This document shows positions 53,601 to 64,000 of a DNA stretch of 64,000 nt, one piece after another. The position numbers and the translations under genes were made by a program. The notes under the pieces were generated by a model. That model was not told the origin of the DNA, made no database searches, and was given only the letters and a program-made list of their open reading frames with translations. Location of the stretch: positions 18,476,001-18,540,000 of the forward strand of contig OZ024746.1 in the NCBI GenBank assembly GCA_964016885.1, written 5' to 3'. Origin of the DNA: Eledone cirrhosa (lineage: Eukaryota). Each line of letters starts with the position of its first letter. Position 1 is the stretch's first letter.

Positions 53601-56600
53601 TAATTGACCTAGAAATACTAAATTAAGATTAGAACAAAATGTGTGGCTAGGGTGCCAGAAGTGCAGGGGAGGTCTTGCCAGAAGCAAGGAGCCAGTGACA
53701 TGACAACAGAGATTGTGGGCCTTTCGTGCTCTCTTTGGTCAGGATGTGGTACTGTGTGCTATGATTGTGTGCTATGACTGTGTGCTATGATTGTGTGCTA
53801 TGACTGTGTGCTATGATTGTGTGTGAGAGACTCTGTATTTTTTGGCCAAACGTAAAACAGGTGAGCATCCACATAGGGAGATTCCGTCCAGACTCAAGGG
53901 CAGACGCAAACGTAGGTTCCTATGCCTCCTCATGACACAATACATAAATGAAAATATAAACTTTGGTTCACTGGACATTAAAAAATGTTCCTTAGTTCTG
54001 TCTCTTAACAAGGTTACATGATTGTAACAGGTAAAAAAAATATAAAAGAATCCTGCTAAAGAACTGTAGAAGAGCATGGCCAAGTGGTAAGGATGTTGGA
54101 CTTAAGATCATAATGTAGTGGATTTGAGTCCTGGACTGGGTTGTGTTCTTGAGCAATCAAAGTGGAAGGAAGAATCCATTTAGATTTGGAGAAAATTATT
54201 TTGCAACATTTCAAGATCATAGAATAAATATGGGAGTCGATTGACTAGATCCCAGACCTCACTTGTTTAGCAAACCAGACCAAGGAAAGAATGTTTCCAT
54301 AGGTCTTTCCATTGCTGATACTATCTACCAGTCACAACTCCTGGCAGAAAGAGCAATGGGAAATAAAGTGTCCTGCTCAATAACATAACGCATCGCCCAG
54401 ACCAGGAATCAAACTCACAACCTCCTGATTGCAAATCCAATTCTCCAACTACTAGGCCATACATTGTCAATGGTACCCTAATTTGTATCTTGTGAAGAAT
54501 AAATACAGTAAATTATAATATATTTGTAACTGAAAGCAAAGCAGCAGTATAGTAGATTACTAAAACAATGGGTCTTGGATAACGGAGAGTTGCAATATCT
54601 GAGTGAGTGCTGTGGAGAAACTAGATATGGAGATTTAATACAAAAATCTCCAGTGTTCTGATCATACTCACTCGGCTGCTTAACAGATTTTGGTCAATTG
54701 TAACAGATATACGGTTATTTGTCTCAAGAACCTTTATCTATGAAGAAAGAAAGATAAGAGAACACCAGAAGAAAAAGCATGCAATAATCTTAGCAGTTCT
54801 AAAAGCACTAAATATATTGAGGTGGGGAAGTTAACAGAGAAACATTAATAAGGATCAAAATATGAACATTCAGTCATTGAAAGAAAAACTACAACAAAAA
54901 AAACAAAAAACAAAAAAACAAACATTGGAAAACAAACAATTTGCCATTTAACAATGGCATCACGTTGTCATTCTGGTATTTGGATATTCCCAACATTAAT
55001 TGATTCAAATATAATGTAAAATCCCAGGAGTAAAACTGAAGATATTGGTTGCCATGTAGGTCAGTCTAGCAGAGGTTTTCCTTTGGGAAGCTAGTCAAAC
55101 ATAGGGAAAGAGCAGTACTTAATATCACAACTTAATGGAACATTCAGCACTTCAAGGACAGTAAATTGGTAGAAATTATAACTAACGTCAGATTAAATGT
55201 CTTTAGTTTTTGTTTATGTTCAAGATCTTATTGAAGTGAACTTTGCTTTTCATCTCTCTATGCTAGATTTAAAATATTCTATCATGTCGCTTTATTATCT
55301 CTCTCCGACAAACTTGTGGGTTTGTGTTAATACAAGAATTATACAGTGCTCCCACTGCTCATAATGGTTTCTGATTTAGGCACAAGGTCAACCATTTTGG
55401 GGAGGGAAAGGTCGATTAAATCAACTCCAGTGTGTTATTAGTACTTTATTTTATTGATCTTGTAAAGATGAAAGGCAAAGTTAACCTCTGCAAGATTTGA
55501 ACTCGGAACAAGTGCCGTAACTATGCCACAAAGCATGTTGTTCAACACCCTACCGATACTGCTAATCCACTGCCCTAATACCCTAATTAAATCCTGCTGC
55601 TAATAATGAGAGCTATACTTAATTATTGTTTGTATTTACAGATAGGTAAGCTTCATCAGTAAGAATTAAGTATTTGAGCTATGAAGAAAGCAATTACAGT
55701 GATCAGCAAGATAGATAATAGGTAATCCTTCATGCACCCTACACTCTCAATCAGCTGTTGCTTTTGATTCAAATGTATAAATTAAAGTAAATTTTAAATA
55801 TATCCTCCAAGTAATAACTCACCAAAAATGGAAATGTTGAAGCTATGTCTTACAAAACTTTATAAATGTTACCAATGGTCTTTCCATTGCTGATACTATC
55901 TACATGTCACAACTCCTGGCAGAAAGAGCAAATGTGAAATAAAGTGTCCTGCTTAAAGACATAACACATCACAGTCCAGAAATCAAACTTGCAATTTCAT
56001 GATTGTGAATCCAATTCTCTAACCACTAAGCCACATGCCTTCACAAGGTATTTGATGACATTAATTTAACACTAATTGCCTTTTAATTAACTATTTTTTT
56101 AGACAAATCCAGGTAATCAAAACTGATATAAAATTGTACTAATTTGATGACTTATAAAATGTTGTTAATTTTGTTTGTCTTTAATTCTATGTCGATCAAT
56201 TAAAAAAACGGAAGAATGCTTTACTTTTGGTTTATAAAAGAAGAGAAAATAACTACCAATGTTATTATTTGGTAGATATTTGGTAACAGATATTAAAGGA
56301 GAGCCAATGTTTTTATTTTACCGGGGATTCCAACAAATATGACAAATCTAGTTAATGCAGCTCTCTGAATAACGGCCATTGCAGATTCATTGACAACATT
56401 TAATTGTAAAAACTTTAGTGAACACTTTTACCACTCATGGCAATGTGTCATTACAGCAATTAGCAAAGTTAGAAGCAATTCCCTCAACAACAAATTATTC
56501 AGACAGCTGTGTGATTAAAATAATTGTTTCAGATTTAAGCACAAGGCCAACAATTTGGGGTGGGGGAAGGGGAAAGTCTATTAAGTCAACCCAAGTGCAT

Positions 56601-57960
56601 TACTGGTACTTTATTTTATTGACCCTGTAATGATGAAAGGCAAAGCTAACCTCGGAGGGATTGGAACTCAGAATGTAAAGGTACGTAACTATGTTGCAAA
56701 GCATGTTGTTTGACACTCTACCGATACTGCCAATCCAACCCACTTCTGCAATGAGAAATAAAGTGCCTTGCTCAAGGACATAACACAGGGTCCAGTCCAG
56801 GAATTGAACATGCAACCTCACAATTGCAAATTTTCTAACCACTAAGTCATGCACCCTCTAGCTATATCAATACTTCATGTATATTAGCTCATATTTGCAA
56901 CATACTTTTATAAAAATATTTATTGTCCTCATACTTGAGATAACAGATACAAGTCAAAAATTAAAAACTTACCGAGTTATTCATAAGAGCTTTGATACAG
57001 CCAATCATTGACGTATGTATTGAACTTTCCGCAGTCTCGTAATCCATATTGCTCAAGAAGTCCAGAATGATCTGGAGTCCATTTAGTTCAATGAAGCGAA
57101 CCACAAAGCTAAAAAGAGAAAAAAAAAAACTAAGTTGAAACATAGCAACAATTGCATAGTGCTTAAATAGTAATGTTCTTTTGTTCACACACACACACAT
57201 ATATATAGTGTTTAAATAGTAATGTTTTTTGTTCACATACACATATATATAGTGTTTAAATAGTAATGTTTTTTGTTCACATACACATATATATAGTGTT
57301 TAAATAGTAATGTTTTTTGTTCACATACACATATATATAGTGTTTAAATAGTAATGTTTTTTGTTCACACACACATATATATAGTGTTTAAATAGTAATG
57401 TTTTTTATTCACACACACACACATATATATAGTGTTTAAATAGTAATGTTTTTTGTTCACATACACATATATATAGTGTTTAAATAGTAATGTTTTTTAT
57501 TCACACACACACATATATATAGTGTTTAAATAGTAATGTTTTTTGTTCACATACACATATATATAGTGTTTAAATAGTAATGTTTTTTGTTCACACACAC
57601 ATATATATAGTGTTTAAATAGTAATGTTTTTTATTCACACACACACACATATATATAGTGTTTAAATAGTAATGTTTTTTGTTCACATACACATATATAT
57701 AGTGTTTAAATAGTAATGTTTTTTATTCACACACACACACATATATATAGTGTTTAAATAGTAATGTTTTTTGTTCACATACACATATATATAGTGTTTA
57801 AATAGTAATGTTTTTTATTCACACACACACATATATATAGTGTTTAAATAGTAATGTTTTTTATTCACACACACACACATATATATAGTGTTTGAATAGT
57901 AATGTTCTTTTATTCATACACATATATATATATAGTGTTTAAATAGTAATGTTTTTTATT

Positions 57961-57994
<34 letters not shown>

Positions 57995-60900
57995 GTGTTT
58001 GAATAGTAATGTTCTTTTATTCATACACATATATATAGTGTTTAAATAGTAATGTTTTTTTATTCACACACACACATATATAGTGCTTAAATAGTAATGT
58101 TTTTTATTCACACACACATATATATATATATATAGTGCTTAAATAGTAATGTTTTTTATTCACACACATATATATATATAGTGCTTAAATAGTAATGTTC
58201 TTTATTCACACAGACATATATATAGTGCTTAAATAGTATTTTGTTCACTCATATATATTGAAAACAAAATAAGCAAATAGTTGTTCAGTAAATTTTTAGT
58301 TTTATTACAGGTGAATTGGCAGAATCATTAGAACGTCAGATAGAATGCTTTGTGGTATTTCTTCTGGCTCATTGCTCTCTCAGTTCAAATCACACCAAGC
58401 TCAATTTTTCCTTTCATCCATTCGAGATCAATAAAACTTAATAACCAGTCAAGTATTGGGGTCGTAAAGTAAAGTATTTTCACAAATATGTGGTATGATA
58501 TTGAGTATTGTCCTATATTGTACATAACACTTTATTGATACAGGAGGAAGGAAAATAAAGTCAACCCCAGTGGAATGTCAACTCACTATCTTAAAAACTC
58601 ATTGATTTTATTTGACTATAAACAAGGCCAATGTGTGATTTAATAGATATGGTTCATTCTGATTATACACCCCTGAAAAACTGTCTGATAAGAATGAAAA
58701 TTATTTGTTCTCACAAACGCCATATAAGATTTTAAAAGGATTTGCAAGAAAAGTTTTGATATGGCAGATTAGTCTTCACTCTTATGGTTCAGTATCATAC
58801 TGCCAAAATAATTTAGCCCGATTCATTACCATATACTATTTTCACAAGACTAGTATTATATATATATATATATATATACGAAAAAAAAAAAACACAATCC
58901 ACGCTGTAATGTGGCCATGTAGGTAACATGGTAAAAACCTCCCAGTCCACACTGTAAACGTGGTTGGTGTTAGGAAGGGCATCCAGCCATAGAAAACCCG
59001 CCAGACAGTCCTATACGAGCAAGACAACCAATCTTGCCGCAAGTGGGAAAACTCCCGTCCAAACCCATGCAAGCATGGAAGATGGACGTTAAACGATGAT
59101 GATGAATACTAGTAATAAATAAATATTTGCTCTAGGGTTCTTATATATTTGATATATATTTATCCTTATCGAGCCCTCTTTGGATTTTAGTCTTCACATT
59201 TATTATTATTACTATATATATATATATAGTAATAATAATAAATGTGAAGACTAAAATCCAAAGAGTGCTCGATATATATATGTATACTTTATTCCAGCTG
59301 TTTCTTTGCAGTAAGTATAAAGAAATATTAAAAGCACCCTATAATTTTCAGTGTCACATCTACATCAAACATACACAAGGATATGCAAAGTAGAAAAGAA
59401 GAGACTGTCTCACCTCATTGGTTGGGTTCTTAATGCAGTTTTTAGGTTTTCAACCAGTTTACTCCGAGAAGCTTCATGCTCGTCATTGAACTGAATGCAT
59501 ACCTAGAGAAAAATATAAATGATACTTTAATTCATTAGCATTTAAGATGGATGTTAAATGATGATGATGATGATGATTGGGTAAATAGAGAGTTAAAGAC
59601 CCCCTTTGGTTTTCCCTTGACCAACAATCTGTTTCACAATCAAACAGAACCCCCCCCCCCCCCTCATCAACCTCACACTTGAGTCACCCTGTGCCGTGAG
59701 CTCCACATATATGAGCCACATAAATGCCACTCTGGGGTTAATACCAGTGAGTTTGGATTATATTCGCTCTTTTGTTATCACTGCAGGTCATTTTCCCCAG
59801 CATGCTGCTTTGAACAACATTATTAAGAGAAATTTCAATACAGCTGGTTTCCTATCCTATCTGGAGCCTATCAGCCTTGTAGTGATGGTAAATAAATAGA
59901 TAGGATAACCCTTTATTGGTTTAAGAGAGCTAAGTCGCTCATTTGGATGCCACATGTTATGACACTTCTGATACCAATCTTATCTGGACACCACATATGA
60001 CACTTCTTCAGATGCTAACCTCATCTGGGTGTCACATGTTGTGACACTTCTGATGTCAATCACATTTGGATGCCACATGTGACACATATTCTGATACCAA
60101 TCTCATCACTTCATCCATAAATCTGGCCAGAGCCGTCCACAACACAGTGAAACAGAAGAAGACTAAATACCAGGCATTGACTCACTATTTATTTCCAGTG
60201 TCAATTACCTTTGAAATATCCACTGTCCTCAGTTCCCAAACTGTTGGTTTTCTACACCAAATCAGAAGAAGAGCATCTTGTCTCAATAATGGACCCCACA
60301 AAATAGAATGGCTGATGCAATGGGTATTGCTGGCTGTTCTCTGTGGCAATGCTTTTACAATCTTATTTGCAAGATGCAACTGAGACATACTATCCAGCCA
60401 AAGATGTAGTCTATGCCCCCTCCACATTCCAGCTGGGTTGCTGACAACAAAGTTCTTATCATCAGCAGCTCATCTTACCAACATCTATCACGGCCTGCCA
60501 GCAAAGGTGTATGGTTATTCTAACACCTTAGTCATGCTGAGAGAGTGTTGGCTTGTCTCAAAAATTATCAGAAACAAACAAACTGTTTGTTGTGGCAAGT
60601 GATTGAGTATAAACACACACACACACAACTAATAAATTGAAGGGAGGGGTTTAAACATTTCATATGTGACTATGTTGAGAACTTAATCTAATGGTTATAT
60701 AAATTTGTGTAGTTGAAAGAATATATCTTAGGAAATGGTAAAAAGATTTATTGCTTTAAGGAGAATATAATGGATTTCTATTGAAGGTCATTAATAAATT
60801 AATGTTTGAAATATGTCTATTTTCATTGTACACCAAAAATATAGACTGGAAACTGGTTTATGGTCTAGCACTAAGGAAAGCTTGTCCTATCACATATGAA

Positions 60901-62477
60901 GGTCAACTGAAAAGTTCATAGGCTGGATATGAATGAGTAATGCTAGAGCTGTGAATTCTTGCATGTATTACCTCTGGCATCATGCAGTAATAGAGTACCT
61001 GGCATCACACAGTAATAGAGTACCATGGGTACAAGCTGAAGCATATAGACAATATGCCCCCACACCCTCCCACTACAAGGTGGTCGCGGAGGTGCCACGG
61101 CAAAAAAAAAGCACCCAGCCCACACTGTAAAGTGGACGTGTTGGCGCCACGAAAAAGCACCCAGCACTCACTGTAAATGAGGTTGGTGTTAGGAAGGGCA
61201 TCCATCTGTAGAAATCAAGCCAAATCAGTTCCTGTATGAGCAAGGCATGGTCAGCCGACCAGACACTGCCCACAACAAGACAACCCGTCTAACCCATGCT
61301 AGCATGGAAGAACGGACGTAAAACGGTGATGATGATGATGATGATGATGATTAATTTCAATAACTGCAATGTTTCTTTCCAGGGACTATGTTGAAAAATA
61401 AACCTCATTTGGTCATTCCATGAGAGTATCTTGGTCAACCTATGAACTTTTTAGCCAACCATGATATATACAGAATGGAAAGAGCTTGGTTCCCACTAAA
61501 ATAAGAAAAACAAACCCTTTATCTGCATAAGAAAGAAACAGATAAAGACTTCTTTTCTGTAGATATTAGAGGAAAGGAGTATATTTAACTAAATCAAACA
61601 AACTATATTATTGCTACACACATTATCAAAGAAGTCTGAATAGGGATGAAATTGAATGACGCACAAGACTTAGTTCCCCCTCCCCCATTTATCACTCTTC
61701 TACTTTAATCTTTAAAATTTATTGAAACAGATTTACTTTAAATTCCTGGAAATTCTTGGTTCTGTTAATATTTTTAACTAGGAATTCTTCAAACTAAAAT
61801 TCTAATCATTTAATTTTGGTTACATGTGCATATATAATTTTTTTTTAAATATATTAATTTCCTACACTGATTTGATAAATAGAGTCAACTACTTGACTTT
61901 CTGTGACTGGGCATCCATCAACGGATGAATAAGTCTATTCATTCTGGAGGCAGAGGAAATAGAAATTGAGACTTTCATACTTTCAAATAATATAAGTAGA
62001 ATATATCATCATCATTTAACGTCCACTTTCCCTGCTAGCAAGGGTTGGACGGGTCTACATAGACCAAATCAGTACTGAAGTGGGGCTATTGACCTCCTAG
62101 ACTGGCTGAGAGGTCTGTATCCTGGTCATATCGAATGCAGAAGAGAAGTTGTGTCTTTTGATAAAAACTGACTGAAGGGTCCTCCTAAACACCTGTTTAG
62201 CAAGCTGAATGCCCTTTCTAAAACCAGCCTCTTTACAGCATGTACTGGGTGCTTTTATTGTGTAGATCCCCAGCACTAGGGAGGCTGTCATGTCTTTGAC
62301 ACAACTGAAGGGTCCTCCCAACCCTTTGTTTGGCAATATATATAATTTTCTTTTTTTTTTTTTGTGCTTGTCATTATTTCAATATGTTTGGTTGGTTTAC
62401 ACACTCACCGTAGATAACTTCTTTAAACTTTCTATGTAAAAGTCTGACCAAGTTGCTGTGCTTGGATTGTCTTCATC
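20664..62477 (-). CDS. DAAM1: Dishevelled-associated activator of morphogenesis (DAAM) formin: GBD/FH3, coiled coil, FH1, FH2, DAD; 5' exons beyond the window
   Basis: 24 phase-consistent exons: 62477-62409, 59502-59414, 57108-56973, 50033-49836, 47377-47267, 46623-46520, 45441-45375, 44001-43884, 43333-43198, 41986-41860, 40676-40554, 40300-40027, 39070-38964, 38036-37992, 35188-34931, 33396-33290, 31581-31493, 30098-29884, 27568-27507, 26563-26503, 25406-25275, 24882-24718, 23558-23450, 20803-20664 (3042 nt, 1013 aa + stop). Motifs: [79 protein letters not shown], and [19 protein letters not shown]. Probably a co-orthologue of DAAM1/2. Confidence 0.96.
20973..21180 (-). mobile_element. RTE 3'-end copy inverted relative to 22790-23040
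   Basis: Reverse complement of the RTE 3'UTR and tail. Confidence 0.8.
21250..23040 (+). mobile_element. 5'-truncated, decayed RTE-clade LINE (RT, Cys-rich finger, C-terminus, 3'UTR, (GAT)n tail)
   Basis: RT peptides [30 protein letters not shown] and [18 protein letters not shown] are present, as are [20 protein letters not shown] and [19 protein letters not shown]. Frameshifts and stops are present. The ORF ends at 22746 and the element ends in gatgatgat. Confidence 0.92.
23940..24260 (+). mobile_element. RTE LINE ORF fragment
   Basis: [45 protein letters not shown] is homologous to 22160-22300. Confidence 0.8.
26795..27125. repeat. 48-bp tandem repeat, about 6.5 units
   Basis: Unit gtg(t/c)tgataacatgacaaaaagtacccaatacaccctgtaaagtggtt. 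Confidence 0.95.
28075..28435 (-). mobile_element. L1/Tx1-like LINE fragment (post-RT region)
   Basis: GC-richer segment encoding [22 protein letters not shown]...MDNFQKS. The family assignment is from recollection only. Confidence 0.4.
28440..28640 (-). mobile_element. Penelope-like element reverse transcriptase fragment
   Basis: CFDVSMGA...[13 protein letters not shown], then a frameshift to LYRDDGL. This resembles the PLE RT signature FDVxMGSxDGAExxxLVGLYIL...LYRDDGL. Confidence 0.65.
29050..29296. repeat. 29-bp tandem repeat, about 8 units
   Basis: Unit tgggtagagacagcattggtcttat(g/c)tga. Confidence 0.9.
30953..31137 (+). mobile_element. Second SINE family (tRNA-like head + Meta-domain-like core)
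   Basis: gagttcaaatcc B box followed by tttgcctttcatccttacggggtcgat.aaataaagtaccag. Other copies at about 8028-8220, 8235-8430, 8925-9095, 29450-29637, 34523-34680, 37160-37345, 37441-37600, 38128-38317, 46190-46480, 53290-53470, 55360-55575 and 56520-56740. Confidence 0.75.
32270..33020. repeat. 22-bp minisatellite, about 33 units, with ordered variant blocks
   Basis: gttaagagctacatg followed by cctgtcc, gctgtcc, actgctc or actgttc. Confidence 0.97.
35313..36395. repeat. 24-bp minisatellite, about 45 units
   Basis: Unit agtgatagtacattgctaa(c/t)acta. Confidence 0.97.
36800..37100. repeat. Purine-rich GGA/GGAT low-complexity tract
   Basis: Direct inspection; strong strand asymmetry. Confidence 0.85.
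42032..42198. mobile_element. Tc1/mariner-pogo type MITE (TIR CCGTATATACTTGAAT.TAAGC, TA flanks)
   Basis: TIRs TA-CCGTATATACTTGAATCTAAGCTGA ... TCAGCTTATATTTGAGTATATACGG-TA. Relatives at 41572-41764, 43515-43715, 44173-44340 and 39255-39398; lone ends at about 20840, 20938 and 21194. Confidence 0.8.
42285..42627 (-). mobile_element. Complete tripartite SINE: tRNA-like head, CORE-like centre, RTE-derived tail
   Basis: Head with A box TGGCTTAGTGG and B-box-like GAGTTCAATTC. Centre is ccttgagcaagacactttatttcacattgctccag. Tail matches the RTE 3'UTR. Related heads at about 1-270, 791-990, 16060-16280, 23045-23250, 30238-30480, 38500-38770, 42872-43040, 46975-47160, 51680-51930, 54235-54460 and 55872-56043. 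Confidence 0.85.
44885..45175. repeat. About 33-bp tandem repeat, about 8-9 units
   Basis: Unit atagatcctggatacagatcaattgtttatttt. Confidence 0.9.
49420..49675 (+). mobile_element. Highly decayed RTE RT fragment
   Basis: [12 protein letters not shown]..., homologous to 21355-21750 with deletions. Confidence 0.65.
50139..50335. mobile_element. Mariner-like MITE with about 30-bp TIRs
   Basis: TACAAGAGTCAGCTGAAACGCTCATAGGCTGAC ... GTCAGCCTATGAACTTTTCAGCTGACCCTTGTA. Related copies at 45925-46005 and 60895-61460. Confidence 0.75.
57155..58240. repeat. Compound minisatellite (about 40-50-bp units) containing variable (CA)n(TA)n
   Basis: Unit gtgtttaaatagtaatgtttttt(g/a)ttcac(ac)n(at)n. Confidence 0.95.
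59167..59274. repeat. 108-bp near-perfect palindrome centred on (TA)n
   Basis: 54-bp arms with one mismatch and no spacer. Confidence 0.95.
59680..60385 (+). mobile_element. CRE-like non-LTR retrotransposon C-terminal (restriction-like endonuclease) fragment
   Basis: [26 protein letters not shown] and [15 protein letters not shown]...[15 protein letters not shown]. The WDATCDT segment is internally repeated about 4 times. Confidence 0.65.
60955..61350 (+). mobile_element. Short 5'-truncated copy of the same RTE LINE (3'UTR + long (GAT)n tail)
   Basis: Closely matches 22690-23040. Confidence 0.85.
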
Positions 62478-62779
62478 CTACACAAAAGAGAAAACAAAAG
62501 AAAACAGAATAATCAGACATTCATTCTCAAAATATTCTAATATTTAAAAAAAAAGTATTTTTACTTTCCATGAAAAAGAAATAATTTTGAATATGAATAA
62601 AAACATTTTTTAAAAATAACTCCTAACTAAAAAAAAGCAAAAACACATTCCATAAACTATAAGGAAGTATGCTCTTTAAACTAAGCATGTTGTTTTAACA
62701 ACACATTCTATTAATTATAAGGAAGTATATCCTCTTTAAATTAATCACGTTTTTTAACTCCTAAATTTCAATAATCATG

Positions 62780-63145
62780 ATCAACTGACCATAGCTTGAA
62801 AGTTGGTTAAAGCCAGCATACCAGATCTAGTGACATTAAAGTGTTGGTTCAACCCAGTGACCATAGCTAGAATGTTGGTGCAACTGAGCATACCAGATCA
62901 AATGATCATGTTGGTTCAAGCCAGCATACCAGATCAAATGACTATAGCTAGAATGTTGATTCAACCCAGTATACCAGATCAAGTGACCATAGCTAGAATG
63001 TTGGTTCAACTGAGCATACCAGATCAAATGATCATGTTGGTTCAAGCCAGCATACCAGATCAAATGACTATAGCTAGAATGTTGATTCAACCCAATATAC
63101 CAGATCAAGTGACCATAGCTAGAATGTTGGTTCAAGCCAGCATAT
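62780..63145. repeat. 45/36-bp repeat organised as a 126-bp higher-order unit
   Basis: Subunits gaccatagctagaatgttggttcaa.c.agcataccagatcaa. The 36+45+45 block is duplicated. Confidence 0.85.
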
Positions 63146-64000
63146 TATATCTACAGTGTTGAATATATGAGTTGTTCTTGACTGTTGCATTGACTGGCTC
63201 AGAGTTGTGGGTGTGTTTAAACAAGACAGACAAGCATAGCCTTTGCCTCTACTGCTAGACAAAGATGACTTGAAAGATATTTAGATTTTTGGAAACACTA
63301 AGTTTCAGTAACAGTGAGTGGTGTGATAACATGAAATATAAAGGAGAAAATATCCAGATATGTGTTCTGCATGAAAACCAAATGGCAAAATTTGTGTTAA
63401 AAATGTATTAAGCTAAAAGAATTTTAATTAATTGAGTAGTGAGGAGAAACTATCTTTATCTTAATGACTCATTCAGGTCAAGAAAAGCAAGGCAAGCCCT
63501 TTAATCAAAACTATTTTAAATGGGATTGAAGTTTGTTAATGAAATATGGCACCTTTATTTTCTCATAATTTCATGAAAGAAAGTAATTGAGCATGCTTCA
63601 TTGGATGTGTAATGTTAGTGTGTATAAATGACAGAAATGAATTGAGCATACTCCGTTGGATGTGTAATGTTAATGGTTATAAATAACAAAGCACAGATGA
63701 GTTGAAGGAAAAACTAGGTATAAGAAGAATTAGATGTAATGTGCAAGACAGAAGACTGCACTAGTACAGACATGTAATGTGAAAGGAAGATGACTGTTGG
63801 ATGAAGAAGTGTTTGAAATTCCAAGGGGAAAGAAAATATGATACAAGTAAGATGAAGAAGACATAGGTAAAAGTAGGGAAAGCAGATCTCAAGATGCACA
63901 AACTCACAAAAGAGATGAAAAAAAAGAAAGAAGTAATGGGATGCTGAGTTGGAGATAACTCGTCCAACCCATAGAAAAATGGATGTAAAATGAGGGTGAT

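Overview
AT-rich, intron-rich metazoan genomic DNA. The SINE/LINE complement (tRNA-headed CORE-like SINEs with RTE-type tails, (GAT)n tails, (TA)n microsatellites) suggests an octopod cephalopod; this is inferred, not proven. Three protein-coding genes were reconstructed exon by exon with phase-consistent GT-AG junctions. (1) A minus-strand LRR + ZU5 (PIDD1-like architecture) gene, 4550->1042, whose 3' end is unresolved. (2) The coiled-coil and SMC-hinge C-terminal part of an SMCHD1 orthologue, 9 exons on + (7126-17284). (3) A convergent DAAM-family formin, 24 exons on - (62477->20664), with its 5' end beyond the window. Introns are filled with RTE, CR1, Penelope-like, Tx1-like and CRE-like retroelement fragments, two SINE families, two MITE families and many minisatellites. 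Highlights: a type-I hammerhead ribozyme with an intact core 1.9 kb downstream of the DAAM stop on the DAAM strand, plus three degenerate relatives; a 3-kb minisatellite derived from an RTE LINE coding fragment; a LINE/SINE partner pair; a duplicated splice donor that creates an in-frame alternative 5' splice site in the FH2 domain; and a 108-bp near-perfect palindrome.
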